From: a bacterium
GTDB lineage: Bacteria; UBA8248; JACPRG01; G963555815
Direction: 5' to 3'
DNA length: 64,000 nt
Assembly (NCBI GenBank): GCA_965218795.1
Contig: OZ244653.1
Span: forward strand, 512,001-576,000
Part shown: positions 36,718 to 46,108 of the stretch, in pieces
Layout: each line of letters opens with the position of its first letter
Numbering within the stretch: position 1 is the stretch's first letter
Position numbers and translations under genes: made by a program
The notes under the pieces: generated by a model
The model's database searches: none
Told to the model about the DNA's origin: nothing
What the model saw: only the letters and a program-made list of their open reading frames with translations

Positions 36718-37713
36718 TTGGCCTCAACTCAGGCTGCGGAGTTCGCTATGACAATGGAGACAACACCATCCGGCCCGACACAAGATACCGCTGTAACGAC
36801 GACGCCAGCGCCGGTTGACGCTTCCGCCCCAGCTCGCCCAATGCGGGGGGCTGCGGACTTGGTGCGGGCGTCGATTGCCGAAAATACGCGCCGGGCGTAC
36901 GAGCGGGCGTTGCGACAGTTCGAACGTTCGGAGTACTCGGAGACGGACGCCGGGGTAGCGGCGTACCTCGGCAGGCTGTACGAACAGGGGCGCTCCGCGG
37001 CCTGTGCCGCTATGGTAGTTGCAGCGTTGCGTTTCCGGGCCAAGCTGCATGGTTGGCCGTCTCCAGTGGGCGCGGCGGCGCGGCGGGTGTTGGCCGGGTT
37101 CCGGCGTCTGGCCGCGGGGCGGGGCCGCGGCAAGGTGGTCGGGGTCCGCTGGGAGCAGGCGGACCGGGCGGCGGCAATGGCCGAACAGCCGGGGGAGCTG
37201 GCCGGGCTGCGGGACGCCGCGATTATGGCGGTAGCGAGTGACGCGCTGCTCAGGGTGTCGGAGGTCGCGGCTTTGGACGTGCCGGACGTGAATCTAGCGG
37301 AGCAAACGGTGTTGATCCGACGCAGTAAGACAGATCAGGAAGGCAAGGGCGTGGTGCAATACCTGGGGAAGCCGACAGCGGAGCGTATTCGGGTCTGGCT
37401 GCTGCACTCCGGTCTGACGGAAGGGGCATTATTCCGGCCCGTCAACAAATCGGGTCGAGTGCAGGACGGGCGCCTGACGGTCAGGAGCATCCGACGCATT
37501 ATCACCCAGTGGGCCAGGGCCGCCGGGGTGGACGGTCGGGTCAGCGGACACAGCCTGCGCGTAGGCAGTGCGCAGAGCCTGGCAACTGCCGGGGCCTCCC
37601 TGGTCGAGATGCAGATTGCCGGGCGCTGGCGGTCGCCGGCCATGCCAGGGCGTTACGCGCAAGGGCAACTGGCAAAACAAGGAGCCGTGGCAAGACTCCG
37701 GTATGGCTCATGA
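36718..37713 (+). CDS. Cre-like tyrosine recombinase (true start possibly ATG 36748)
   Basis: AENTRRAY, LLRVSEV (R), RRSKTDQEG (K), GHSLRVG (HxxR), GRW..M..RY (W, Y). Confidence 0.92.
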   Translation: MASTQAAEFAMTMETTPSGPTQDTAVTTTPAPVDASAPARPMRGAADLVRASIAENTRRAYERALRQFERSEYSETDAGVAAYLGRLYEQGRSAACAAMVVAALRFRAKLHGWPSPVGAAARRVLAGFRRLAAGRGRGKVVGVRWEQADRAAAMAEQPGELAGLRDAAIMAVASDALLRVSEVAALDVPDVNLAEQTVLIRRSKTDQEGKGVVQYLGKPTAERIRVWLLHSGLTEGALFRPVNKSGRVQDGRLTVRSIRRIITQWARAAGVDGRVSGHSLRVGSAQSLATAGASLVEMQIAGRWRSPAMPGRYAQGQLAKQGAVARLRYGS

Positions 37714-37950
37714 GTTCGACTTTGTACAATCCGCCTCGTCAAATCCGGGATGATCTGTTTTTTCGACGGTTCGTCGAGCACCACGGCCAGCCGTCCGTTC
37801 AATGAACCAAGAATCCATCGATTAAAGCGCGCTTTTCGGGTTTAAACCGAGAAGTGACCCTCCCCCTGGTTTAGGGCCAAGTGGGTTGAGAGTTTTCGGT
37901 TGTGATCATAGAGCGAAGCTGCCCGTGTTGCCGGGTAGGCGGCCGGTGCT

Positions 37951-38264
37951 TTGTACCAACGCCACCTCTGGCGTTCGGAAGGCTTCCACGGCGAGGCGAA
38001 GCTCTGGCACGGCCTCGGGCGCGCGGTCCGGCGCGGTCTCGACAACATGAAGGTCCAGGCCTACATGACGGCCGCGGCGATCAATCTCAAGCGGCTTGGG
38101 GCCGCCCTTGTTGCCATCCTATTGGCCAATTGGACGGCCCGCGTTGCCGGACAAGAGCCGCTGCATGTCCATCACGCCCACACACCCCGAACAGACTTGC
38201 GGGCGGCCGCCGCCACGTGATCCTGCATGCGCCCGGTCTCGAAACCGGCTTTTTCAACAGCCCC
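37951..38264 (+). mobile_element. IS1182/IS5-like transposase 3' remnant with right end
   Basis: EGFHGEAKLWHGLGRAVRRGL..AAAINLKRL; terminal TTTTTCAACAGCCCC. Confidence 0.7.
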
Positions 38265-38289
38265 ACCATCGGCAGGCTCTGCGACCACG

Positions 38290-38607
38290 CTAGGATGCGG
38301 TGGAAATGGCCCCGACCTCGTTGTCGACGATGACGGGCGAGTCGAAGTATTCGATACTCGCTTCGACTCCCAGACGCTCGCGCAGTCCGGCCCGCCAAGC
38401 CTCGTCGTACAGCCGCTCGGCATCGGCGCGCGATTCGAAGAGATACACGCCTCCGCCGGTCCGCACGTCCTCGGACAACAGATAGTATTTGCGCACCAGG
38501 CCGGGAACGTCCCGGTAGAGCGGCGCGGATTTCTCATAAGCCGCGGCCATGTCCTCCTGGGTCTTGCCCTCTGGAAGCGTGAAGCGAACGATTGCAGTGA
38601 CAGCCAT
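38290..38607 (-). CDS. YdhR-like putative monooxygenase
   Basis: VPGLVRKYYL, GGGVYLFES; GAGGA RBS. Confidence 0.8.
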   Translation of the reverse strand: MAVTAIVRFTLPEGKTQEDMAAAYEKSAPLYRDVPGLVRKYYLLSEDVRTGGGVYLFESRADAERLYDEAWRAGLRERLGVEASIEYFDSPVIVDNEVGAISTAS

Positions 38608-38724
38608 GGAAACGTCCTCCTCTGCGCGATGAATTGGCTCCGAACCATAGCACGGAACAAGGGCCGGGTGAGCGCGGATGAGCGGCGGGGTTTGTTGTCC
38701 GTCCCCCCCTTCAGGCTCGCCGGA

Positions 38725-39126
38725 TCAGGTGAGGGGATACATACGCTTGACGCTCAGCCGTGTCACGAGTCGTTTCTCATCTTTCATCGCTTGTAGATAT
38801 TCATCGAGATCATCCGGGTCTTTTCCGGTGATGCGCCGGTACAGGTCGAGGTTTTTCAGACCATCGGGGTCTTCGACGAGCGTCGCATCTCCTTCCACGC
38901 AAAGATAGGGGTGGAACCTGTCCTGCGGCAGCACGCAAAGCGTGGCCCTCGGGTCTCGCTTGAGGTTTCTGGCTTTCACGCGATCCCAGGTCATGGAGGT
39001 TTCCACGACCCCGTCCTGGTAATCGAACATGATCGGCGTGGGGTGCGGCCTGCGGTCTTCCAACAATGTGCTCAGAACGCCATGGCGCTGCTCGTTCAGG
39101 AAGGCCAGGGCCTCATCGTGCGTCAT
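38725..39126 (-). CDS. PPOX-class (pyridoxamine-phosphate-oxidase-like, possibly F420-dependent) oxidoreductase
   Basis: GVLSTL..RPH.TP, KARNLKRDPRATLCV; AGGAG RBS. Confidence 0.85.
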   Translation of the reverse strand: MTHDEALAFLNEQRHGVLSTLLEDRRPHPTPIMFDYQDGVVETSMTWDRVKARNLKRDPRATLCVLPQDRFHPYLCVEGDATLVEDPDGLKNLDLYRRITGKDPDDLDEYLQAMKDEKRLVTRLSVKRMYPLT

Positions 39127-39250
39127 GGGGTTTCTCCTTGTGAATCCGCAACAATCGCGATATCGACAAAGTTCTCGAACGCGGAGGAAAAGGCCTCGGG
39201 CGCCGGCGGCATCGAGCACGGTCGATGCACGGCCCTTTCAACCCAGATAC

Positions 39251-39388
39251 ATCGAGCCGTTTTCATAAGCCGTAAGATCCTCATATCATATTGATATGAT
39301 TATAAATATACATTTTCTCCAATTCCGTTCGGAACCCGCCTGTTACAGCATGTAATCAAAACGAAAGCGGATTCATTAAAACTCCCGC
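39251..39388 (-). repeat. AT-rich ~135 bp dispersed element, copy B (inverted)
   Basis: Reverse complement TAATGAATCCGCTTTCGTTTTGATT...TATCAATATGATA...ATGAAAACGGCTCGAT. Confidence 0.7.
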
Positions 39389-39683
39389 GTATCCCGGCGG
39401 GTCCGTGTCGGACCAGGGACCATCCCGGCTCCCCTTCCACCCGCACAGCGCAACCGTGCCTCCGGCCTATTCCACCATGCGCCTGAGCCCGCGCAGCGGC
39501 TGAATCCTGACCGCCCGCGAGACCGGGCGGAGGACGCGGGCGATGAGGAGCCCGAACACGGCGTAGCCCTTCGCGGCTCGCTCCGCTGGTAGGGAGACGG
39601 CGTCGCGCCGCTTCTCCAGGGCGCGCTTCCTCCTTCGAATGGCGGGAGGTCGGCTTTCCGAGCCGAAGGAGCATGTTGACGCA

Positions 39684-40082
39684 ATGGGAAGATTGGACCC
39701 GTCGCGGGCGATGACGATTCTGAAGCGGGGTCTGCGGCTCGTGTGCCCCCGATGCGGGAAGGGAAGGCTCTACCACACCCTGTTCTCGATGGTTCCGGAG
39801 TGTCCCGAATGCGGGCTCCCTTGTGAGCCGGAAATGGGGTACTGCGTTGGGGCGATATACATCAATTACGGGTTGACCACGCTGATTGCGTTGGCCGGGT
39901 ATTTCATTCTCGATGTCTACACAAGCATCTCGCTCAACTGGCAACTTTTGCTGTGGGCTGGCTTTTGCGTCCTGTTTCCAGTGTTTTTTTTACGGTATTC
40001 CAAGAGCCTTTGGTTGAGCTTCGATTTTATCTTCAACCGTCCTTCATCCGGGAGGCGGGGCACGAGGCCCGGGCCGGGATGA
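39684..40082 (+). CDS. DUF983-like Zn-ribbon membrane protein
   Basis: RGLRLVCPRCGKGRL..CPECGL plus two TM segments. Confidence 0.8.
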   Translation: MGRLDPSRAMTILKRGLRLVCPRCGKGRLYHTLFSMVPECPECGLPCEPEMGYCVGAIYINYGLTTLIALAGYFILDVYTSISLNWQLLLWAGFCVLFPVFFLRYSKSLWLSFDFIFNRPSSGRRGTRPGPG

Positions 40083-40203
40083 AGGACGAGCGCATCGGGC
40101 AGGCCGCGCGAAGGTCGCGGCCGAGACCGACAAGCCCTTGATGGAACACGCCGCGAGCGATGCGCCGTTCATCGGCGAACGGCTGGCCGAGTATATGGTT
40201 CCC

Positions 40204-40731
40204 TTATTTTTTGCACCTCTTTCTGCCGGCCAGTCTTTCGGACGTCGTCATTCCGAAACTGCATTCCCTGAGGAATTCACCGACTCCGGAGCGGCCATAC
40301 ACCACATCGCCGTTTTTGTCATAGACAGTCTGAGTGACCGACACGACTTCGCCCCGATGATGCTGGACGATGAGCACCTGGTCGTTCCCCAATTCTCCGA
40401 TAAAAATATCGGTAAGGTATCTCTCCGTACTCGTGCTCACCAGGGATATGGCGTCATCTCCCAGGAAACTGACGTTTGCGGTGTTGTCCTGGTTCACGGT
40501 GATGGAGCAGCTCTCTCCGGTGATTTCAGAACCCACCATGAGTCTTTGGAAGAAGCCCCTGGCGGGTATGTGGACGCAACCATGGAGCGTCCCCGGTCTC
40601 AGTTTTTCCTGATGTCGAGGCGGGTTCGATAAAAGCCGCCTGACGTAACCTTTGGTCAGAGGCTGTTCCGCAGCACTATGACAAATTGTTGCAAAGACGA
40701 ATATACATGCGGAAATCAAAACGAATTTCAT
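40204..40731 (-). CDS. Hypothetical secreted protein
   Basis: GGAGG RBS, signal peptide MKFVLISACIFVFATICHSA, 175 aa. Confidence 0.6.
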   Translation of the reverse strand: MKFVLISACIFVFATICHSAAEQPLTKGYVRRLLSNPPRHQEKLRPGTLHGCVHIPARGFFQRLMVGSEITGESCSITVNQDNTANVSFLGDDAISLVSTSTERYLTDIFIGELGNDQVLIVQHHRGEVVSVTQTVYDKNGDVVYGRSGVGEFLRECSFGMTTSERLAGRKRCKK

Positions 40732-40769
40732 TCAACGCGCCTCCTTTGACAGGCGAATCCGTGTCCCCA

Positions 40770-40992
40770 TATTGTAGCCGCCCGTCCGTACCAGCAACCG
40801 CTGCACCGACTTCGTGGAGCATCCGATGGCTGATGCGATCTCCGCGTGTGTCTGACCGGTTCTGATCCGTTCTCTGACCTCGAGGCGATCACTCCTGCTT
40901 AGCTTTCCATACTCCTCCCGTGGCCGCATCACCACCCCCTGGCAATGAGTTGATCATTACCAAGACCGTTGCGTCGACCACTTGAGACCGCC
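40770..40992 (-). mobile_element. IS30-family left end and transposase N-terminal remnant
   Basis: End GGCGGTCTCAAGTGGTCGACGCAAC; HTH LSRSDRLEV..AEIASAIGCSTKSVQR..TGG. Confidence 0.6.
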
Positions 40993-41064
40993 CGTGGCGG
41001 TAGGACTCGAACCTACAACCCGTCGGTTAACAGCCGACTGCTCTACCAATTGAACTACGTCGCG
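40992..41064 (-). tRNA. tRNA-Asn(GTT), atypical and possibly a pseudogene
   Basis: D arm TAGTTCAATTGGTAGAGC, anticodon arm GTCGG-CTGTTAA-CCGAC, T arm GTAGG-TTCGAGT-CCTAC; two acceptor-stem mismatches; no CCA. Confidence 0.8.
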
Positions 41065-41178
41065 AGGCGACTCGGGGGGCGGTCTGAATAGAGATCACAT
41101 GGCGCACTCCATCGACTTTCATCTTGCATGGGCCGCTCATACTGTGTTATTTTCGCTTTTTATTCACTTAGGTAAGCC

Positions 41179-42417
41179 ATGCGCCAACCGACCAAACCGA
41201 AGCGGCTCTATATCGATTTCGATGGTTTTTTCGCGTCCTGCGAGGAGCAGGCGGACCCCGGCCTGCACGGCCGCCCCGTTGGAGTCATACCGTTTGCGGG
41301 GGCGCGCAACAGTTGCGTGATCGCTGCAAACGCAGCGGCCAAGAGGTTCGGCGTCACGACCGGGACTTCAATCGCCGAGGCGCGCCGGTTGTGCCCCCGG
41401 ATAGCTCTCCCGCCGCAGCGGCCGGATCTGTACGTCCGGATCCACCACCGGATCGTGGCTGCGGTGCTCTCCGTGTTGCCGCTTGATGTCGTTTGCTCGA
41501 TCGACGAGTGCGCCGCCGTTCTGGGGAATCGGGACTGCCCTGAAGAGATCGCGGGAAGGATCAAGAGCCGCGTGCGGGCAGCAGTCGGGGAACGCATCAC
41601 CTGCTCCATCGGCTGTGCGCCCAACAGGTGGCTCGCCAAGATCGCCGCGGGCCTGGAAAAGCCGGACGGTCTGACGGTGCTGCTTCCCGGCGACCTGCCG
41701 GGTCCTCTGCTCCACCTCGGGCTGGAGGCGTTGCCCGGGGTCGGCAGGCGCATACGCGTACGTTTGAAGCGGAGTGGGATAACGACGATCGAGGACATTT
41801 GGAACAGTGAGCCCGGGCGGCTGAGCTCAGTCTGGGGCAATGTGACCGGCGCGCGCTTTTGGTACGCGCTCCACGGCTACGCCGTGGAACCGCCGGTGAC
41901 GCAACGCGGCTCGATCGGCCACGGCCGGGTCCTGCCTCCAGGGGAGCGCAACGCGCAGTCCGCCCGGCCGATGGCTAGGCAACTGGTGGTGAAGGCGGCC
42001 CGGCGCCTGCGCCGGGAGGGGTTCCTCGCCCGGAGGCTCACCCTGTCGGCCGAGTGTCTCGATGCGCCCTCCTGGACGGCCTCGACGGTCGTCGCAAGAG
42101 CGAACGATGATCTGACCTGCCTCGACGCCATCTCGACGCTCTGGGCCGCACTCACCACGGCGCGGAGCCGGGCCACCCTGTTCCGGATCGCCGTATCGTT
42201 CGACCGCTTCATCCCGTCGGATGAAGCGCAGCTCGAACTGCCTCTTGAAAAGCCGGACGACAGGCGCCGGCTGACAAGGCTGAGCGCCGCCGTCGATTCG
42301 ATCAATGGCCGCTATGCGCGCACCGTCGTCGGCTACGGCGGGTGTGCTCCTCCGGGCGGCTACGCGGGGGCCAAGATTGCGTACGGCCGCGTTCCTCAAC
42401 TGGAGGATTTCCAGTAG
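41179..42417 (+). CDS. Y-family DNA polymerase (DinB/UmuC-like)
   Basis: YIDFDGFFASCE, SIDE, SIG..NRWLAKIA..KPDGL, LPGVG. Confidence 0.92.
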   Translation: MRQPTKPKRLYIDFDGFFASCEEQADPGLHGRPVGVIPFAGARNSCVIAANAAAKRFGVTTGTSIAEARRLCPRIALPPQRPDLYVRIHHRIVAAVLSVLPLDVVCSIDECAAVLGNRDCPEEIAGRIKSRVRAAVGERITCSIGCAPNRWLAKIAAGLEKPDGLTVLLPGDLPGPLLHLGLEALPGVGRRIRVRLKRSGITTIEDIWNSEPGRLSSVWGNVTGARFWYALHGYAVEPPVTQRGSIGHGRVLPPGERNAQSARPMARQLVVKAARRLRREGFLARRLTLSAECLDAPSWTASTVVARANDDLTCLDAISTLWAALTTARSRATLFRIAVSFDRFIPSDEAQLELPLEKPDDRRRLTRLSAAVDSINGRYARTVVGYGGCAPPGGYAGAKIAYGRVPQLEDFQ

Positions 42418-42668
42418 TGGCGCTTTGTTTGGGCGATTATGCCGAGGGCGACTGGTATTTCATCGCGGTATGCAAGACCTGCGGCCGGGAGACGGCCTTG
42501 GAGCCCGCCGAGCTCCTGGCCCGGCCGGGGACGGAAAAAGTGCATCGCGGAATGCGTGTGGAAGACCTGGAGCCCCTCCTGCGCTGCCGGGAATGCCACT
42601 GTAGGAAGGCGCATCTCGAACCGGTCGCCAGAATTCGCAAGCAGGGTTTCGTCGGTGGGATGATCTGA
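42417..42668 (+). CDS. Small Zn-ribbon protein
   Basis: GGAGG plus GTG overlapping the polymerase stop; CKTCG...LRCREC. Confidence 0.6.
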   Translation: MALCLGDYAEGDWYFIAVCKTCGRETALEPAELLARPGTEKVHRGMRVEDLEPLLRCRECHCRKAHLEPVARIRKQGFVGGMI

Positions 42669-42699
42669 AAGGCAAGGCGCTTTTCGATAATGCCGGGTA

Positions 42700-43887
42700 T
42701 GAGGGTCTCCCCGAAAGCTGGTCCACTGAGAAAGTGATTTCTGACAAACTCCCAGGAAAGGAGGGTGTCAGATGAAGCGCAAGCGATTCTCGGTTGAGCA
42801 GATCGTGGCAGCAGTGAAGCAACACGATCTCGGTGTTTCGGCGACCGACATTGCCCGCAAGTTAGGCATTGCGGAGCAGACCTTTTACCGCTGGAAGAGG
42901 CAGTATGGCGGCCTGGAGGCGGCCGAGGTCCGAGAACTGAAGCAGTTGCGGGAGGAAAACGCCCGGCTCAAGAGGCTGGTAGCCGATCTCAGCCTCGACA
43001 AGGTGATGCTGCAGGAGGTCGCCTCAAAAAAATGGTAGGCGCATCGCAACGCCGGTCGGCGGTGCGCCATCTGCAGCGGTGCTATTCGGTCAGCGAGCGA
43101 CGCGGCTGCGAGGTCACCGGCACCCATCGCAGCACGCACCGGTACCAGTCGGTGCGGCCCTGCCAGGCGGCGCTACGGCGGAAGGTCCGAGATCTGGCGC
43201 AAAGCCGGATACGCTACGGCTACAAGCGTGTCCATATCCTGCTGAGGCGTGAGGGCATTCACGTCAACAAAAAGCGCGTCTATCGCCTGTATTGTGAGGA
43301 AGGCCTACAGATTCGGGCCCGGCGTCGTCGACGGCCGCCCCGCACCAGACCGCAGGCGCCGAACGTGGCCTGGAGCATGGACTTTGTCAGCGATCAGACA
43401 GCGAGCGGAAAACGCTTTCGGGCGCTCACCGTGGTCGACCTCTTCACCCGCGAGTGTCTGGCGGTTGAACCCGGCCAGAGCCTGGGGGGTGCCGAAGTGG
43501 TCGACATTCTCAGCCGGATTGCCATGCAACGGAGCACACCGAAGCGGATCCACTGCGACAAAGTGGCAGTGAGTTCGCTGGCCGTCTGGTCGATCTTTGG
43601 GCCTACGCCAACGGCGTAGTGATGGAATATTCCCGGCCAGGAAAGCCGACCGACAACGCCTGGATTGAGTCGTTCAACGGCACGCTGCGGGACGAATGCC
43701 TGAATGTGCACTGGTTCGACGATTTGACGGACGCACGGAGGAAGTTGCAAGCTTGGCAGCGAGAGTACAATGAGACTCGACCTCACAGGTCTCTCAATGA
43801 ACTCTCTCCCCAGCAATTCAAGGCCCTTTGGGCCCAACAACGTCAGAAATTCACTGACTGAGTGGACCAATAAATGGGGGCCCTTCA
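42700..43887 (+). mobile_element. IS3-family element with orfA (42772-43038), A7 frameshift site and disrupted orfB
   Basis: TG...CA ends with shared TGGTCCACT IR core; RYGYKR, WSMDF, PGKPTDNAWIESFNGTLRDECLN; extra frameshift near 43560. Confidence 0.9.
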
Positions 43888-43899
43888 AAAGCTACGACT

Positions 43900-43937
43900 C
43901 TAACTTTACGTGTGGTACTAAACGTGGGGGCAGGTCA
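43900..43937 (+). mobile_element. Orphan IS3-family (IS407-like) right end
   Basis: GGTACTAAACGTGGGGGCAGGTCA, reverse complement TGACCTGCCCCC. Confidence 0.5.
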
Positions 43938-44007
43938 GGGCACAATTGGACTCTTTTGATAGCCCGAAACCACTGGTGACGCTGGCTCGTATTAGCTACT
44001 CAACGCC

Positions 44008-44892
44008 ATGGACAAACATCCGGAGGATCTTCCGCTTTTCGGCGGGCTAGCGGGAGCGACGCTCTGCGTAGACGAGTTTAAGGTCTGCGAAGGGTTGGTC
44101 CTTAGGCGGACTTACGCCCACGTGATGTCACCATACATACTCGCCTTCAAGCGACCCGAGCCCCCCGACAGGTGGCATCCGGCGCCGTGGAAACCGGCGC
44201 GTGGCGGGATGTCCTTGGATGTGGAAATCGAAGTTACGTTGGACGGGGGCGCGCGACCTACGGGTTTCGACCGCATCAACACCCTTTGGTGGACGCTCGC
44301 GCTGTTACGGTTGTCGACCGGCGCGAAGTTGCGGATGCCGGTCGTGTCGGACACTTCGTTCACGAGCGTGAGGACGAGTTCGGTCGAGCCGGTCTTATGG
44401 CCCATCGAGATGCTGCCCCGACAATTCCTTACGGTTACAGATCCGCCGGAGGTGATTGGCGAAGAGCACTTGGTGTGGATGCGCGAAGCCTTCGGCCCGG
44501 GATCGGAGCTGATGAACGACGAGGCGTTCGGGCGCGCCTTTCAAGCCTTCGACGACGTGATGTGGGCGCATTCGGCCGGTAGTGCGATCGTGATGGTCTG
44601 GGCCGCGTTGGAGACCCTGATACAGCCCGGTCGAGATCAGATCACCAAGAGGCTGGCGTCCTCGTTGGCCGCACTTTTGGAGCCGCCGGGCGCGGAGCGA
44701 GAACGGTTGTTCCAGCGTCTTACATTGCTATACGAAGCCCGCGGTGGCTCGGCTCACGCGTCTCGATCGCCGGAGGCCCAGAAGCTCATGTCGAGTTTCG
44801 ACGTTGCTCGACGGTCGTTCATCGCCTGCATTGACAACCGCGAGGTACCCAATGCCGCGAAGCTTCACGAGATGTGGCGACTGAAGAAGTAG
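44008..44892 (+). CDS. HEPN-domain protein (ApeA-like)
   Basis: WAALETL...LYEARGGSAH (RxxxxH) in the C-terminal helical domain. Confidence 0.7.
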   Translation: MDKHPEDLPLFGGLAGATLCVDEFKVCEGLVLRRTYAHVMSPYILAFKRPEPPDRWHPAPWKPARGGMSLDVEIEVTLDGGARPTGFDRINTLWWTLALLRLSTGAKLRMPVVSDTSFTSVRTSSVEPVLWPIEMLPRQFLTVTDPPEVIGEEHLVWMREAFGPGSELMNDEAFGRAFQAFDDVMWAHSAGSAIVMVWAALETLIQPGRDQITKRLASSLAALLEPPGAERERLFQRLTLLYEARGGSAHASRSPEAQKLMSSFDVARRSFIACIDNREVPNAAKLHEMWRLKK

Positions 44893-45119
44893 CGGCGCTA
44901 TCGTAAGGGAATGTTGGAGACGACGACCTTCTTCGCCGCGTCTTCGACGCCAGCTTCCTCATGTAGATGCATCACGGCGCCGCACGTTGTAACCCGGTGT
45001 CCGTCGGCCCGATGCAACCCTTCCAGTCGGCGTTTCAAAGGCGACAATTCGTCATCCCGCCTACAGGTGGCTTGAATGGAGCGGAGCTTGGCGAGTCATA
45101 AATTCCTTGTCGCTCAGAG

Positions 45120-45215
45120 TGGATTTGCCCCGTTTCGTTGGACACCTTCAGACTGTGCAGCAAGAAGTTCCCATGTCAAAAACTCATCCGCCGTACGCGT
45201 CTGTATTCCGGCGCG
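45120..45215 (+). mobile_element. IS3-family left end with orfA start remnant
   Basis: TGGATTTGCCCCGTTTCGTTGGACA matches the IRs at 990-1019 and 5178-5207; followed by MSKTHPPYASVFRR. Confidence 0.7.
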
Positions 45216-45354
45216 TAAAAGACAGGAGCCGGTGGTTCGTGGATAGGCGTTACCGGATTCCGGAGGGTCAACCATAAGCGAGTTGTTGCGGGGTCGGACT
45301 TTTTTATATATTAGGGTAAAGATTCAACGGTTCGCCAGGGACTCGACTGGATGC

Positions 45355-45494
45355 GCGGAACTTGTAACGAATCCGCTTTCATTTTGATTACAGCCTATAC
45401 AAAGCGAGTTCCGGACAAGAGCGAGAATAATGTGTATTTACCAATAATATCAATATGTTAGTAGGGTCTCACGGCTGATGAGAATAGTTCGATA
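45355..45494 (+). repeat. AT-rich ~135 bp dispersed element, copy C, with consensus IHF site
   Basis: TATCAATATGTTA (45448-45460) fits WATCAANNNNTTR; aligns with copies A and B. Confidence 0.75.
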
Positions 45495-45720
45495 TAGTGA
45501 ATTGTCAAGAAAAGAGTATGAGAAAAATCATCTTGGAAACGATTCGCTCGATCTTGCGCCCTTCAGATCCCCGCTGAGATTAACGCGGATGTTGAGGCTG
45601 TGAAGGAGCAGGACCATTTTCGTGGAGTTTGGCAAAGAAGTTCGGGGAAGTTGTCAAAAATGAGTCCTTGCGTCACCAAGCGCCCTCGATCTACCGGGCG
45701 TCGGTTTATGGAGGGGGAAA

Positions 45721-46065
45721 ATGGCAAACGTGGACTGGCTGTATTACCGGACCAGCTGAAACACCTGCGCCAAAACGCAGGGGTTCCTTGCGGAAAACAA
45801 CATCCAGGTGGCCCAACAGGTGAGCGCGAAGGAGAAGCTGCAGGCTTCCGATGCCCTGAAATTGGCGAGGGAGGTGGATGAAATCTATTCCGCCAAGGGA
45901 AAGAACGTCTGTCGTCTTCATCTGGAACAGGACAATCCCGATGAGGAGACATTATTGAGCTTGATGCTGGGGCCGACGGGGAATCTGCGCGCCCCTGCGC
46001 TGCGATCCGGGAGGACCCTCATCGTCGGATTTCACAAGGACACGTATGCCGAAATTCTCCGTTAG
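45721..46065 (+). CDS. ArsC-family thioredoxin-fold probable selenoprotein (UxxC)
   Basis: GGAGGGGG RBS, MANVDWLYYRTS-TGA-NTC in frame with the tracked ORF 45808-46065; LGPTGNLRAP..LIVGF. Confidence 0.8.
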
Positions 46066-46108
46066 AGAAGGGCTGGAGAACCCGGAATCTCATCTTCCGG
46101 TTGAATGT

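Noticed and set aside
37853-37905. Possible IS left end TGACCCTCCCCC
   Set aside because: Short resemblance only, with no linked transposase start or clearly matching right end
36718-40731. Integron (recombinase followed by small genes)
   Set aside because: The recombinase is Cre-like without an evident IntI insertion, the genes face both ways, and no attC sites were seen
31224-45494. CRISPR array associated with the leader-like AT-rich repeats
   Set aside because: No regularly spaced direct repeats and no cas genes seen in the window
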